DNA of 64,000 bases, taken from contig CAVVQK010000004.1 in the NCBI GenBank assembly GCA_963750215.1, forward strand, positions 368,865 through 432,864, read 5' to 3'. This DNA comes from an uncultured beta proteobacterium. GTDB lineage: Bacteria; Pseudomonadota; Gammaproteobacteria; Burkholderiales; Casimicrobiaceae. The translations under genes and the position numbers were made by a program. The notes under the pieces were generated by a model. It did no database searches. It saw nothing but the letters and a program-made list of their open reading frames with translations, and had not been told where the DNA came from. Below are positions 1 to 9,188 of the stretch, piece by piece. Position 1 is the first letter of the stretch. Every line of letters starts with the position of its first letter.

Positions 1-881
1 CCGCGCTCTGGAACGGCGATTTCGATCTGACCGAGCGCGGAATGCTCTTGTTGTGCAATACCGAGCACGGTCTTAAAGTGGAAATCAAGACGGCCGAGCA
101 CGCGCGGCGGCTGGGCATTCCGGCCGAGGTGCTGACACCCGCGGCGACGGCCGAGCTCGAGCCGAACCTGCGCCTGGCGATCACCGGCTCGGTATACTTT
201 CCCCTGGACTGCCATCTGACGCCCGGACGACTGATGGCAGCGCTGACCCGCCAAGTCGAGCAGGCAGGCGTCGAGCTGGCCTGCGATACCGGCGTGGACG
301 GCTGGCGCACGACCGGGAATCGAATCGACGCCGTGCACACCCGCGGCGCGGTGCTTAGGGCCGACGAATACGTCGTCTGCGCCGGCATCTGGTCGCAGCA
401 GCTCGTGCGCGAGCTCGGCATCCGGATCCCGATGCAGGCGGGCAAGGGGTACAGCCTGACCCTGGAGAGCCCCGCATGGTCGCCCCGCCGCTGCGCCATA
501 CTGAGCGAAGCGCGCGTTGCGGTCACGCCGATGGGCAGCTCGCTGCGCTTCGCCGGGACGATGGAGCTCTCCGGCATCGACCAGGGCATCGACGCGGCGC
601 GGGTGCGCGGAATCGTGAACTCGGTCTCAGCCTACTGTCCGGACCTCGCCCGGAGCGATCTCGAGAAAGCGAGCGTGCGCTCGGGCCTGCGCCCGTGCTC
701 CCCGGATGGCCTGCCCTATGTCGGCCGGGTTTCGCGCTTCGCCAATCTTTCAGTGGCCACGGGCCATGCGATGATGGGCATCAGTCTCGGGCCCGTCACC
801 GGCAAGCTGATGGCTGAAATGCTGTCCGACCAACCGCCGTCGTGCAGCATGGCCGGACTCAGCCCCGACCGCTACGCGTAG
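1..881 (+). CDS. FAD-dependent oxidoreductase, DadA / D-hydroxyproline dehydrogenase-like (C-terminal part; 5' end outside the window)
   Basis: The reading frame is open from base 3 (ALWNGDFDLTERGMLLL...), so the listed M at 42 is internal. The C-terminal region (GLRPCSPDGLPYVGR...ATGHAMMGISLGPVTG) is typical of DAO/DadA-family flavoproteins. Third codon positions are strongly G/C. Confidence 0.75.
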   Translation, partial: ALWNGDFDLTERGMLLLCNTEHGLKVEIKTAEHARRLGIPAEVLTPAATAELEPNLRLAITGSVYFPLDCHLTPGRLMAALTRQVEQAGVELACDTGVDGWRTTGNRIDAVHTRGAVLRADEYVVCAGIWSQQLVRELGIRIPMQAGKGYSLTLESPAWSPRRCAILSEARVAVTPMGSSLRFAGTMELSGIDQGIDAARVRGIVNSVSAYCPDLARSDLEKASVRSGLRPCSPDGLPYVGRVSRFANLSVATGHAMMGISLGPVTGKLMAEMLSDQPPSCSMAGLSPDRYA

Positions 882-912
882 CGCGGGAGAGTCCGAACGC
901 GAGGAGCAAGCG

Positions 913-1860
913 ATGGATGTGAACTGGAGCGGCGTCATTCCGGCCATCACCACCCCGTTCAATGCCGACCTGAGCCTCGACGAGGGATTGCTCACGACCC
1001 ATTCGCGCTGGCTCGTCGACGAGGGTTCGGCGGGCCTGGTTCCGCTCGGCTCGCTCGGAGAATCGGCCACGCTGGCCCGCGCCGAGAAGCGCAAGGTCAT
1101 GGAGACGTGCGTCAGGGCGGTTGGCGATCGCGTGCCGGTGATTCCGGGGATCGCCGCCCTTTCCACCGCCGAGGCGGTGGAGCTCGCGCAGGACGCGAAG
1201 GCGATCGGTTGCAGCGCCCTGATGGTGCTCCCGCCATATGTCTACAGCACCGATTGGCGCGAAATGAAGGCGCACGTCCGCGCCGTCATCACCGCAACCG
1301 ATATGCCCTGCCTGCTCTACAACAATCCGCTTGCCTACCGCACCGATTTCCTGCCGCAGCACATCGTCGAACTTGCCGCGGAGCTTCCCAACCTTCATGC
1401 GGTCAAGGAATCGAGCGCCGACGTGCGGCGGGTGACGGCGATCCGCGCCCTGGCCGGCGCGCGGGTGCAGATTCTGGTCGGGGTGGACGATGCCATCGTC
1501 GAAGGCATCGCTGCCGGCGCGAGCGGATGGATCGCCGGTCTCGTCAACGCCTTTCCGGCCGAATCGATGGCGCTCTACCGCCATGCCCGCGAAGGTCGCA
1601 TCGAGGAGGCCTTCGCGCTCTACCAGTGGTTCCTGCCCCTGCTGCGCATGGACACGGTGGTGAAGTTCGTGCAGCTGATCAAGCTGGCGCAGCAACGGGT
1701 CGGAATGGGAAGCGAGCGGGTCCGGCCGCCGCGACTGCCTTTGCAGGGCGAGGAGTTGCGCGAAGCGATTGCCACCATCGAGCGTGCGCTTGCCACCCGG
1801 CCGCAGGTCAGGCCGGAAGCGAACGTCGCGGGCAAGGCTTCGGCGGTTGCATCGACCTGA
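913..1860 (+). CDS. Dihydrodipicolinate synthase / N-acetylneuraminate lyase family protein (possibly a pyrroline-4-hydroxy-2-carboxylate deaminase-type enzyme)
   Basis: ATG at 913 is preceded by GAGGAG at 901-906. The N-terminus is DapA-like (IPAITTPF...VPLGSLGESATL) and a Schiff-base lysine context is present (HAVKESS). Adjacency to a DadA-like flavoprotein resembles hydroxyproline catabolic pairs; that link is inference. Confidence 0.85.
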   Translation: MDVNWSGVIPAITTPFNADLSLDEGLLTTHSRWLVDEGSAGLVPLGSLGESATLARAEKRKVMETCVRAVGDRVPVIPGIAALSTAEAVELAQDAKAIGCSALMVLPPYVYSTDWREMKAHVRAVITATDMPCLLYNNPLAYRTDFLPQHIVELAAELPNLHAVKESSADVRRVTAIRALAGARVQILVGVDDAIVEGIAAGASGWIAGLVNAFPAESMALYRHAREGRIEEAFALYQWFLPLLRMDTVVKFVQLIKLAQQRVGMGSERVRPPRLPLQGEELREAIATIERALATRPQVRPEANVAGKASAVAST

Positions 1861-2945
1861 TGCCGGTGCGACCGAACCGTGTGCTGCGCCTTGGCGATTA
1901 CACGCAGGGACGCGACAACAACATCCAGCTGTTGCGCCTTCTATCCGCGGCCGGTGTCATCGTTTTTCACAGTTACGCCCTTTCGGGACATATCAACGAC
2001 GACCCCGTTTATCGCCTCACCGGCGACACCAATTTTGGTTCGCTGGGTGTGCGCTGCTTCTTCGTGCTGTCAGGGTTCCTGGTCACGCAGAGCTGGCTGC
2101 GCCGGCCCCACCTCCCCGCATTCGCGGCCGCCCGCGTGCTGCGCATTTACCCTGCGCTGTTCGCGGCCGTGGCGCTGACCATCCTCCTGGCCGGAATTTC
2201 GGCTCCGCTTTCCTGGAAGCAGTTTCTGTCCGACCCGGTCACGATCGACTACGCGTGGGGCAATGCGCTCGCCTGGCAGGTCCGCTACATCCTCCCGGAT
2301 GCGTTCCCGGCGAACATCCTCGCCGGCTCTTCCAACGGGTCGCTGTGGACGCTTCCGGTCGAACTTCGGCTCTACGTCGGCGTCGCGATCGCCGCCGTCG
2401 CCGGTATCCTGGCGCGCCGATGGCTCGTCGCCGCCGTGCTCGCGGCACTTGTTGCCGTCTTCGTCGCAAGACCCGAATGGCTTCCGCTCGAGCCAAACAT
2501 CGACCTGGTCCGGGAGTTCGCGCTGTTGTTTGCCTTGGGCTCGCTGGCCTATGTTGGACGCTCGATCCTGCCGCTGTCGCTGGCTGCCGCGCTCGGGGGC
2601 ATCGTGCTCTATGTCTGGAATCCGTGGGGCATCGGACGCGGCGTGACCGCGACCCTCGTGCTCGCCTACGGGGTGCTCGTGATCGCCTACCACCCATGGC
2701 TGCAGTGGCCGGCGTTCAACCGGGTCGGCGACTATTCCTACGGGCTTTACGTGTATGCGTTCCCGGTCCAGCAGACCATCGTATCCCGGGTACCTGGCCT
2801 TTCGCCTGCAGAGCTCTTCGTTCTTTCCGTGCTCACCACCCTTGCCCTCGCAGTCGCATCGTGGCACGGCCTTGAGAAGCCCGCATTGGGGTTGAAATCC
2901 CGCTTCCGTGCCCGAACGCCGCGATCCTCAGAAGCACCCGGATAG
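1860..2945 (+). CDS. Acyltransferase family 3 integral membrane protein (OpgC/MdoC-like candidate)
   Basis: ATG at 1860 overlaps the upstream TGA (TGATG). The Acyl_transf_3 N-terminal signature is present (NNIQLLRLLSAAGVIVFHSYAL) and about 10 hydrophobic segments follow. The listed 612-aa ORF is an upstream in-frame extension running through the DapA-like gene. Confidence 0.8.
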   Translation: MPVRPNRVLRLGDYTQGRDNNIQLLRLLSAAGVIVFHSYALSGHINDDPVYRLTGDTNFGSLGVRCFFVLSGFLVTQSWLRRPHLPAFAAARVLRIYPALFAAVALTILLAGISAPLSWKQFLSDPVTIDYAWGNALAWQVRYILPDAFPANILAGSSNGSLWTLPVELRLYVGVAIAAVAGILARRWLVAAVLAALVAVFVARPEWLPLEPNIDLVREFALLFALGSLAYVGRSILPLSLAAALGGIVLYVWNPWGIGRGVTATLVLAYGVLVIAYHPWLQWPAFNRVGDYSYGLYVYAFPVQQTIVSRVPGLSPAELFVLSVLTTLALAVASWHGLEKPALGLKSRFRARTPRSSEAPG

Positions 2946-3221
2946 CACTCAATGCCTGGTCGGGGGACGTAGCGCGAGATATCTGGACGGGCTTCGCCTG
3001 GCCGATCCTGATGGTGCGTGCGCAACGAACCGTCGCAGCGAGGCGTATGCGGGACGCCCATCGGAATGATCCGGTCGGCGCCGACAGACATCGTCCTACG
3101 CACCGGGCGATCACGCATGATGTCGCTCTGCGGCGACACGTGCTGCGTTAAACCTGGGCAACTTTCACGCGTCAAACAAGGTGCCGGCACGTTGCCGGCC
3201 TCTTCAAAGTGGAGGTTGCCT

Positions 3222-4160
3222 ATGCGTATCCGAAGCAAACAGTTGTTGCAGGCATGCGTCGGCGTTGCGGTCGCGGCGTATATGCCGGTCGTGCTCGCCG
3301 GCGACATCACCCTGTATCACCAGCGCGACTTTCAAGGCGAGAGCTTTTCCCTGAGTCACCGGGCGGCTGACCTGGACAAGACGGGCTTCTATGACGGCGC
3401 GTCGTCGGTCATTGTCCGCAGCGGGGTATGGGAGGCCTGCAGTGCGGCCTTCTTTGACGGCACGTGCGTGCAGTTGCAGCCGGGTGAGTACAGCCAAGTC
3501 AGCGGCTCGTTGAACAACCGCATCATCTCCGTGCGCGAGCATGCCAGCGCATCTGCCGCATCGCCGTCGACCGCCCTTGCCGTCGCCGAGCCTCGCATCG
3601 CGCTGTTCGAGCGACCTGGATTCGACGGTGGCGCGATTGAGCTCACACGAACGACCGGCGGGCTTGATCGGGTTCCGTCCTATGCTGGCGCCCAGTCCGC
3701 GGTCGTCTATTCCGGCACATGGCGCCTATGCAGCCGCGATTACTACCGTGGCGAATGCAGTGATTTCTCCCCCGGTCGCTACGACAACCTCGGTGCATTC
3801 GGTGATCACGTCGCCTCGGCTGAGTTGATCGCGACCGCCCCCGGACCGGTCGGCCTGGTGACGCCGCCGGCGCCAACGGGTCGCGTCGTGCTCTACGCGC
3901 TGCCACGCTTCGCGGGCCGCTCGCTGGTCCTGGATGAGCGCGAGTTGCCCAACCTCGAATTGGCAGGATTTGACGTCGCGTCCATGCGTATTGACGGCGG
4001 GCACTGGATGTTCTGTACCGACACGCAATTCCATGGCGACTGCCGAATGTTCGGCCCCGGCGAGTACGCGGACCTGCCTCGAGACGTGGATCGCCGGATC
4101 GCCTCGGCCCGCCGCGTGGATGAAGTCTACGGCGCTGCCGGGAATGTTGACGTGCAGTAG
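3222..4160 (+). CDS. Secreted protein with three beta/gamma-crystallin-type repeats
   Basis: ATG at 3222 lies 6 nt after GGAGG (3211-3215). A signal peptide is present (MRIRSKQLLQACVGVAVAAYMPVVLA). Three repeats of about 85 aa each open with the Greek-key signature Y/F-x4-F-x-G (LYHQRDFQG, LFERPGFDG, LYALPRFAG), and each contains a conserved pair of Cys residues. Confidence 0.7.
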   Translation: MRIRSKQLLQACVGVAVAAYMPVVLAGDITLYHQRDFQGESFSLSHRAADLDKTGFYDGASSVIVRSGVWEACSAAFFDGTCVQLQPGEYSQVSGSLNNRIISVREHASASAASPSTALAVAEPRIALFERPGFDGGAIELTRTTGGLDRVPSYAGAQSAVVYSGTWRLCSRDYYRGECSDFSPGRYDNLGAFGDHVASAELIATAPGPVGLVTPPAPTGRVVLYALPRFAGRSLVLDERELPNLELAGFDVASMRIDGGHWMFCTDTQFHGDCRMFGPGEYADLPRDVDRRIASARRVDEVYGAAGNVDVQ

Positions 4161-4592
4161 AACGTGGCAGTTTGACTTGCAGCATGGGGAGCCGCCCTGC
4201 GCGGCCCGTCCTGCTGCGCATGGCGCACGCGGCGCAGGCGTCGACGCCACGCAAACGAGCAAGGCGTTCGGGTTCGCGTGAGTCGCGTTGCCGACCGTGT
4301 GCGCGATTCCTCGACGCAATCGTCTACTGGACACGGCCCAGCGAGGGTAATCCCTATGGCCGGGCTTCGTGAGGCTAACGCTGAAGACCGGTCAATTGGC
4401 CGCTGTCTTGCGTGCCTCGCCGCAGGGGCATAACATCCGCTGAACGCGGCCCCCCGGCGGAGTCGGGCCCACCACGCGTCGGGGAGCCTGTGCAGGCCCA
4501 ATTCAGCACTCCCGGCAACGCACCGCAAGGACGGACCCATTGAAGTCATACGGTAGCGAGCTTCGACGCTGTGACGCGGCCCCGGCCGCGGG

Positions 4593-6170
4593 ATGAACGA
4601 CCGCTTGCGGGCGCAGACCGAAGCACACGACCGACGTCCGGTGGCCGCGATGGGGCCGCGCCGTCCGGCCACCCGGGCGGCATGCTTCGCCCTGCTTCTC
4701 GGCCTGTCGCCCGGGCTAACCCTTGCCTTCGGCTTCGACTCCGTGGCGCACCGGGCGCAGCAGCTCGCCGCGGCGCCTTATCGGCCGCAGGAGGTCAAGC
4801 TGCCCAAGGAACTGCAGGCCATCGACTATGATCATTTCCGCGATATTCGCTTCAGGCCGGAGCGATCGCTTTGGCACGACACCAACTTGCCCTTCGAGAT
4901 CGCATTCTTCCACCTCGGCCTGTACTTCGATCGTCCCGTGCGTATCAACGAAGTAAACGGCGAATCGGTTCGCGAAATTCGCTACGATCCTGCCCTGTTC
5001 GATTATGGCGCCAACCGATTCGATCCGCGGCGGATGAGTGGCTTGGGATTCGCGGGTTTTCGCGTTCACTACGCGATCAATACGCCGAAGTACAAGGACG
5101 AGGTGCTCGTCTTTCTCGGCGCAAGCTACTTCCGCGCGCTGGGCAAAGGCCAAGTGTATGGCATTTCCGCGCGCGGGCTCGCCATCGACACGGGGCTCGC
5201 CTCCGGCGAAGAGTTTCCGGCCTTCGTCGAATTCTGGATCGAGCGGCCCGCGCCCGGCGCAAGCGAACTCAAGATCTACGCGCTGCTCGATTCCAAGCGG
5301 GCCAGTGGCGCGTACGGTTTCCTGCTCAAGCCGGGTGCGGAGACGGTCGTCGAGGTCAAGGCGCGCCTGTTCCTGCGCGACAACGTCAGCCGACTGGGCC
5401 TCGCGCCACTGACCACCATGTATTTCTTCGGGGCGAACCAGCCAACAACACGCGAAGACTATCGACCCGAGGTGCACGATTCCGACGGCCTGTCGGTCCA
5501 CTCCGGGACGGGGGAATGGATTTGGCGCCCGCTGGTCAACCCGAAGCGGCTGCTCGTTACGTCCTTTGCGCTTACCAATCCGGCCGGTTTCGGCGTCATG
5601 CAGCGAGATCGGGATTTCGGCCACTACGAGGACCTCGAGGCGCGCTACGACCTGCGCCCGAGCGTATGGGTGCAACCCAAAGGCAACTGGGGAGCGGGAC
5701 GGGTGGAACTCGTCGAGATCCCCAGCCCGGACGAAACCAACGACAACATCGTCGCCTACTGGGTACCGGATACGCCGCCGCAACCGAAGTCACCCTTCGA
5801 CCTGGAATATCGGCTGCTCTGGGAGAAGGAACCTGCGATGCACCCTCCGTCGTCTTGGGTCACGCAGACGCGTCGCGGCCGTGGCTACATGCGCACTGAC
5901 GACGGCAGCCTCGGCTTCGTCATCGATTTTGACGGCCCCGCTCTGCGCAAGCTGCCTGCCGACGCCGAGGTCCAGGGGATCGTGACCGCCGATTCCAACG
6001 GCGAAGTGCGAGAGGTGGTCACGCACCACAATGAAGTGACGGGGGGTTGGCGACTCGTCCTGCGGGTTGCCCGCGTCGACGCCGGCAAACCGCTCGAAAT
6101 GCGCGCGTACCTGCGAACCCGGGCCAGCACGGTGTCAGAAACGTGGAGCTACATCCTGCCGCCAGAATGA
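4593..6170 (+). CDS. opgG: Periplasmic glucan biosynthesis protein OpgG (MdoG/OpgD family)
   Basis: The MdoG family pattern is recognisable (FDSVAHRAQQLAAAPY...IDYDHFRDIRFRPERSLW...FFHLGLYFD...VEIPSPDETNDNIVAYW). The gene is immediately followed by, and overlaps, opgH. The true start could be the internal Met at 4650, which gives an RR-containing signal. Confidence 0.9.
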   Translation: MNDRLRAQTEAHDRRPVAAMGPRRPATRAACFALLLGLSPGLTLAFGFDSVAHRAQQLAAAPYRPQEVKLPKELQAIDYDHFRDIRFRPERSLWHDTNLPFEIAFFHLGLYFDRPVRINEVNGESVREIRYDPALFDYGANRFDPRRMSGLGFAGFRVHYAINTPKYKDEVLVFLGASYFRALGKGQVYGISARGLAIDTGLASGEEFPAFVEFWIERPAPGASELKIYALLDSKRASGAYGFLLKPGAETVVEVKARLFLRDNVSRLGLAPLTTMYFFGANQPTTREDYRPEVHDSDGLSVHSGTGEWIWRPLVNPKRLLVTSFALTNPAGFGVMQRDRDFGHYEDLEARYDLRPSVWVQPKGNWGAGRVELVEIPSPDETNDNIVAYWVPDTPPQPKSPFDLEYRLLWEKEPAMHPPSSWVTQTRRGRGYMRTDDGSLGFVIDFDGPALRKLPADAEVQGIVTADSNGEVREVVTHHNEVTGGWRLVLRVARVDAGKPLEMRAYLRTRASTVSETWSYILPPE

Positions 6171-8449
6171 TGGCCTCGGAGGGGAGCGCGCGCGTGGACG
6201 AGCAGGGAGCGCCGGTTCGGGCGGACGATCGGCTGACGGTGTCCGGTGCAGGACACGGCGCTCGGCTGGCGACGACACCACCGCTCGCGCGCAGCTCGAT
6301 GGTGGCGCCGCCGTGGCCGCGGGGTCTGATTGGTCGCGCGTTCGGAGGCCGGCGCGCTCGTTTGGAATTCAAGCCGGACCCCGAGGCCGTCGCCCACGAT
6401 CCGTTGGGCTCCTGGCACGCGGTCGGCAGTTTTCGTCGCGTCGTGCTGGTCGGCCTGATCGTGGCGCAGACGTATATCGCGACCAACTTCATGGTCGCGA
6501 TACTTCCCTATCACGGTCAGCAGCTGCTTGAGATCGCGATGCTCATTCTGTTCGCCATCCTCTTCGCCTGGGTTTCCGGCGGCTTCTGGACCGCAGTTGC
6601 GGGTTTCGCCCTGCAGCTGCTCGGCGGCGATCGCTATGCGATCTCGCGCACTGCCGCCAGCGACGCGCCGCTCGACAGCGGCACACGCGCGGCAGTCGTC
6701 ATGCCGGTTCGCAACGAGAACGCGGGGCGCGTATTCGCCGGCCTGCGGGCAACCTACGAGTCGGTCGCTGCCTGCGGTGAACTATCGCGCTTCGACTTCT
6801 TTCTGCTCTCTGACACCAGCGATCCGGACACGCGCGTCGCCGAAATCGAGGCCTGGCGGGAGTTCTGCCAGACAGCCGGCGGCCTTGGGCACGTGTTCTA
6901 TCGCTGGCGGCAGCACCGGATCAAGCGCAAGAGCGGCAACATCGCGGACTTCTGTCGACGTTGGGGCCGGAACTACCGCTACATGGTCGTCATGGATGCC
7001 GACAGCGTGATGAGCGGCGAGTGCCTGACGCGACTGTTGCGGCTCATGGAAGCAAACCCCGGCGCGGGCATCATCCAGACCCTCCCGCGCGCGGCTGGTC
7101 GCGACACCGTGTACGCGCGGGTACAGCAGTTCGCGGCACGTCTGTATGGCCCGCTGTTCACCGCCGGACTGCACTTCTGGCAGCTCGGCGAATCGCATTA
7201 CTGGGGCCATAACGCGATCATCCGCATCGCGCCGTTCATGCGTCACTGCGCGCTGCGTCGCCTTCCCGGCCGTGGCAGCCTGTCGGGCGAGATCCTGTCC
7301 CACGATTTCGTCGAGGCGGCCTTGATGCGCCGTGCCGGTTGGGCCGTCTGGATCGCCTATGACCTTCCGGGCAGCTATGAGGAGATGCCGCCCAACCTGA
7401 TCGACGAACTCAAGCGCGATCGCCGCTGGTGTCAGGGCAACATGATGAACTTCCGTTTATTCCTGCTCAAGGGACTGCATGTCGCGCATCGCGCCGTATT
7501 CATGAGCGGCGTCATGGCCTACCTGTCGGGATTGCTCTGGCTCATGTTCCTCATCCTGTCCACGGCGCTCCTGGCCGTGCACACGTTGAGCGAGCCCAAG
7601 TACTTCGTGCAACCCTATCAACTCTTCCCGCTCTGGCCGGAATGGCACCCGGATTGGGCGATCACGCTCTTTGCTGCTACCGCGGCGCTGCTTTTCGTGC
7701 CCAAGATCCTGAGCGTGATCGTGGTCGCGGTGCGCGGCGCGCGCCGCTATGGCGGCACCCGGCGCCTGGCGATGGGCCTCCTGGGCGAGATCTTGTTGTC
7801 GGCGCTGCTCGCGCCGATCCGGATGCTCTTCCATTCCCAGTTTGTGCTGCTCGCCCTTGTCGGTTGGAAGCTACAGTGGAAGTCGCCGCAACGGGAGGAC
7901 GCGGCCACCAGCTGGCGCGAAGCCTTCATCCGCCATGGGCCGCACACGTTACTGGGTATCGTCTGGATTGGCGGCGTTTACTGGCTGAATCCGTCGTTCG
8001 TGTGGTGGCTGCTGCCGGTCGCCGGCGCACTGGTCGTCTCCATCCCGGTTTCCGTGTACACGAGCCGCGGGTCGCTCGGACGCAGCCTGCGGGCTATGGG
8101 CCTGTTTGTGATACCCGAGGAGCTACGGCCCCCGCGGGAGATCCAGGCCGTGATGGCCGCTGTCGCTGCGGCGGCCCCGCCACCCGGCTTCGTCGAGGCG
8201 GTCGTAAATCCCGGTATCAACGCGTTGCTTTGTGCCACTGCTGCGGCTCACGCGCGGCAATCGGTTGCCCGGTGCAGCGAGCGCGCGCAGCTTGTGCATC
8301 GGGCACTCGTGGGCGGAGCGGGCGTCCTGCGCGAGTCGGAACGCATGCGGATCATTGACGATCCGGCCGCGCTGTCGGAACTGCACGCGGCGGTGCAGAA
8401 CGCCCCGGAGGCTCATGCAAGCTGGCGGGAGGCCACGCGCGGGTTCTGA
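6167..8449 (+). CDS. opgH: Glucans biosynthesis glucosyltransferase OpgH (MdoH, GT2)
   Basis: In-frame ATG at 6167 overlaps the opgG stop (ATGA). The GT2 core is present (VVMPVRNE...FFLLSDTSDP...VVMDADSVMSG...RDRRWCQGNM), flanked by multiple TM segments. The listed ORF start at 6047 lies inside opgG. Confidence 0.9.
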   Translation: MMASEGSARVDEQGAPVRADDRLTVSGAGHGARLATTPPLARSSMVAPPWPRGLIGRAFGGRRARLEFKPDPEAVAHDPLGSWHAVGSFRRVVLVGLIVAQTYIATNFMVAILPYHGQQLLEIAMLILFAILFAWVSGGFWTAVAGFALQLLGGDRYAISRTAASDAPLDSGTRAAVVMPVRNENAGRVFAGLRATYESVAACGELSRFDFFLLSDTSDPDTRVAEIEAWREFCQTAGGLGHVFYRWRQHRIKRKSGNIADFCRRWGRNYRYMVVMDADSVMSGECLTRLLRLMEANPGAGIIQTLPRAAGRDTVYARVQQFAARLYGPLFTAGLHFWQLGESHYWGHNAIIRIAPFMRHCALRRLPGRGSLSGEILSHDFVEAALMRRAGWAVWIAYDLPGSYEEMPPNLIDELKRDRRWCQGNMMNFRLFLLKGLHVAHRAVFMSGVMAYLSGLLWLMFLILSTALLAVHTLSEPKYFVQPYQLFPLWPEWHPDWAITLFAATAALLFVPKILSVIVVAVRGARRYGGTRRLAMGLLGEILLSALLAPIRMLFHSQFVLLALVGWKLQWKSPQREDAATSWREAFIRHGPHTLLGIVWIGGVYWLNPSFVWWLLPVAGALVVSIPVSVYTSRGSLGRSLRAMGLFVIPEELRPPREIQAVMAAVAAAAPPPGFVEAVVNPGINALLCATAAAHARQSVARCSERAQLVHRALVGGAGVLRESERMRIIDDPAALSELHAAVQNAPEAHASWREATRGF

Positions 8450-8530
8450 GTCCTGGTCACCCCGCTCGCGACAATCGACCAAAGGGCCCGGCGCCGACGA
8501 TCACCGCGCGACTTGGTCGATCCACTCACC

Positions 8531-8710
8531 TCACCGGGAGCGACGTGACGGGCGTCGCGCGATGCCATCGACGACTGCGGCGAAGAACAAACCGACGCAG
8601 ACTAAGAAGGCGACCTGCGCCGACGCCGGCGCGTCGGTGGCGATCGCCGCAGCGCTTGCCGCGCCCACTAGCAGAAAGAGCAGCAGGAAGGCGATAGCGT
8701 AACGAAGCAT
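8531..8710 (-). CDS. Possible small two-TM membrane protein (59 aa)
   Basis: An internal ATG at 8710 in the 112-aa ORF gives MLRYAIAFLLLFLLVGAASAAAIATDAPASAQVAFLVCVGLFFAAVVDGIARRPSRRSR, which has two clear hydrophobic helices. No convincing Shine-Dalgarno sequence is present and I recognise no homology. Confidence 0.3.
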   Translation of the reverse strand: MLRYAIAFLLLFLLVGAASAAAIATDAPASAQVAFLVCVGLFFAAVVDGIARRPSRRSR

Positions 8711-9188
8711 GCGGCAATACGAAGGGAGATTCTGCGCGTTTATGGTCGAGCAGCTTGCCCATGTCGGCAATCGGCGCCCGTCCGATTTTCTTGTAGGACT
8801 CGATGGGCCAAGCGTTGGAGTCAGTTGGGCAGCCACCCTCGCTTGCCCGCCGGCGCCGCCTGCGGGCAACCTTGGGCCGCCGATCCGGGCAGCTTGACCA
8901 CTGCATGCTCCGGTGCTAGGGTCGCACGCTTGCGCTCGGAGTGCGTTGGATTCCGGGTTGCGAGGTCGGCGCTAACCCCAGGTCTACGGGCTCCTTGGGC
9001 TCCATGAGCAGCAAGACGTGTCGCGCCGCGCGTGCTCGACGTCCGCGCGGGATGGCCTTCTTGCGCCTTGGGTGTCTCCCGCCAGCAAACGCCACCGTTC
9101 GACCGCGCCAAGGAGCGACGTGTAGCCTTCTCATGCGCATGGCGACAATCGGCCTGGCGCGCGATGCGCTGTGGATCTACGGGTGGTG

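Noticed and set aside
8720-8830. A locally lower-G+C stretch whose minus-strand translation looks protein-like (..SNAWPIESYKKIGRAPIADMGKLLDHKRAESPF..), considered as a gene or gene fragment downstream of opgH.
   Set aside because: It has no start with a ribosome-binding site and no recognisable family. The frame sits inside a 126-aa ORF whose remainder is low-complexity, so I could not distinguish a decayed fragment from chance.
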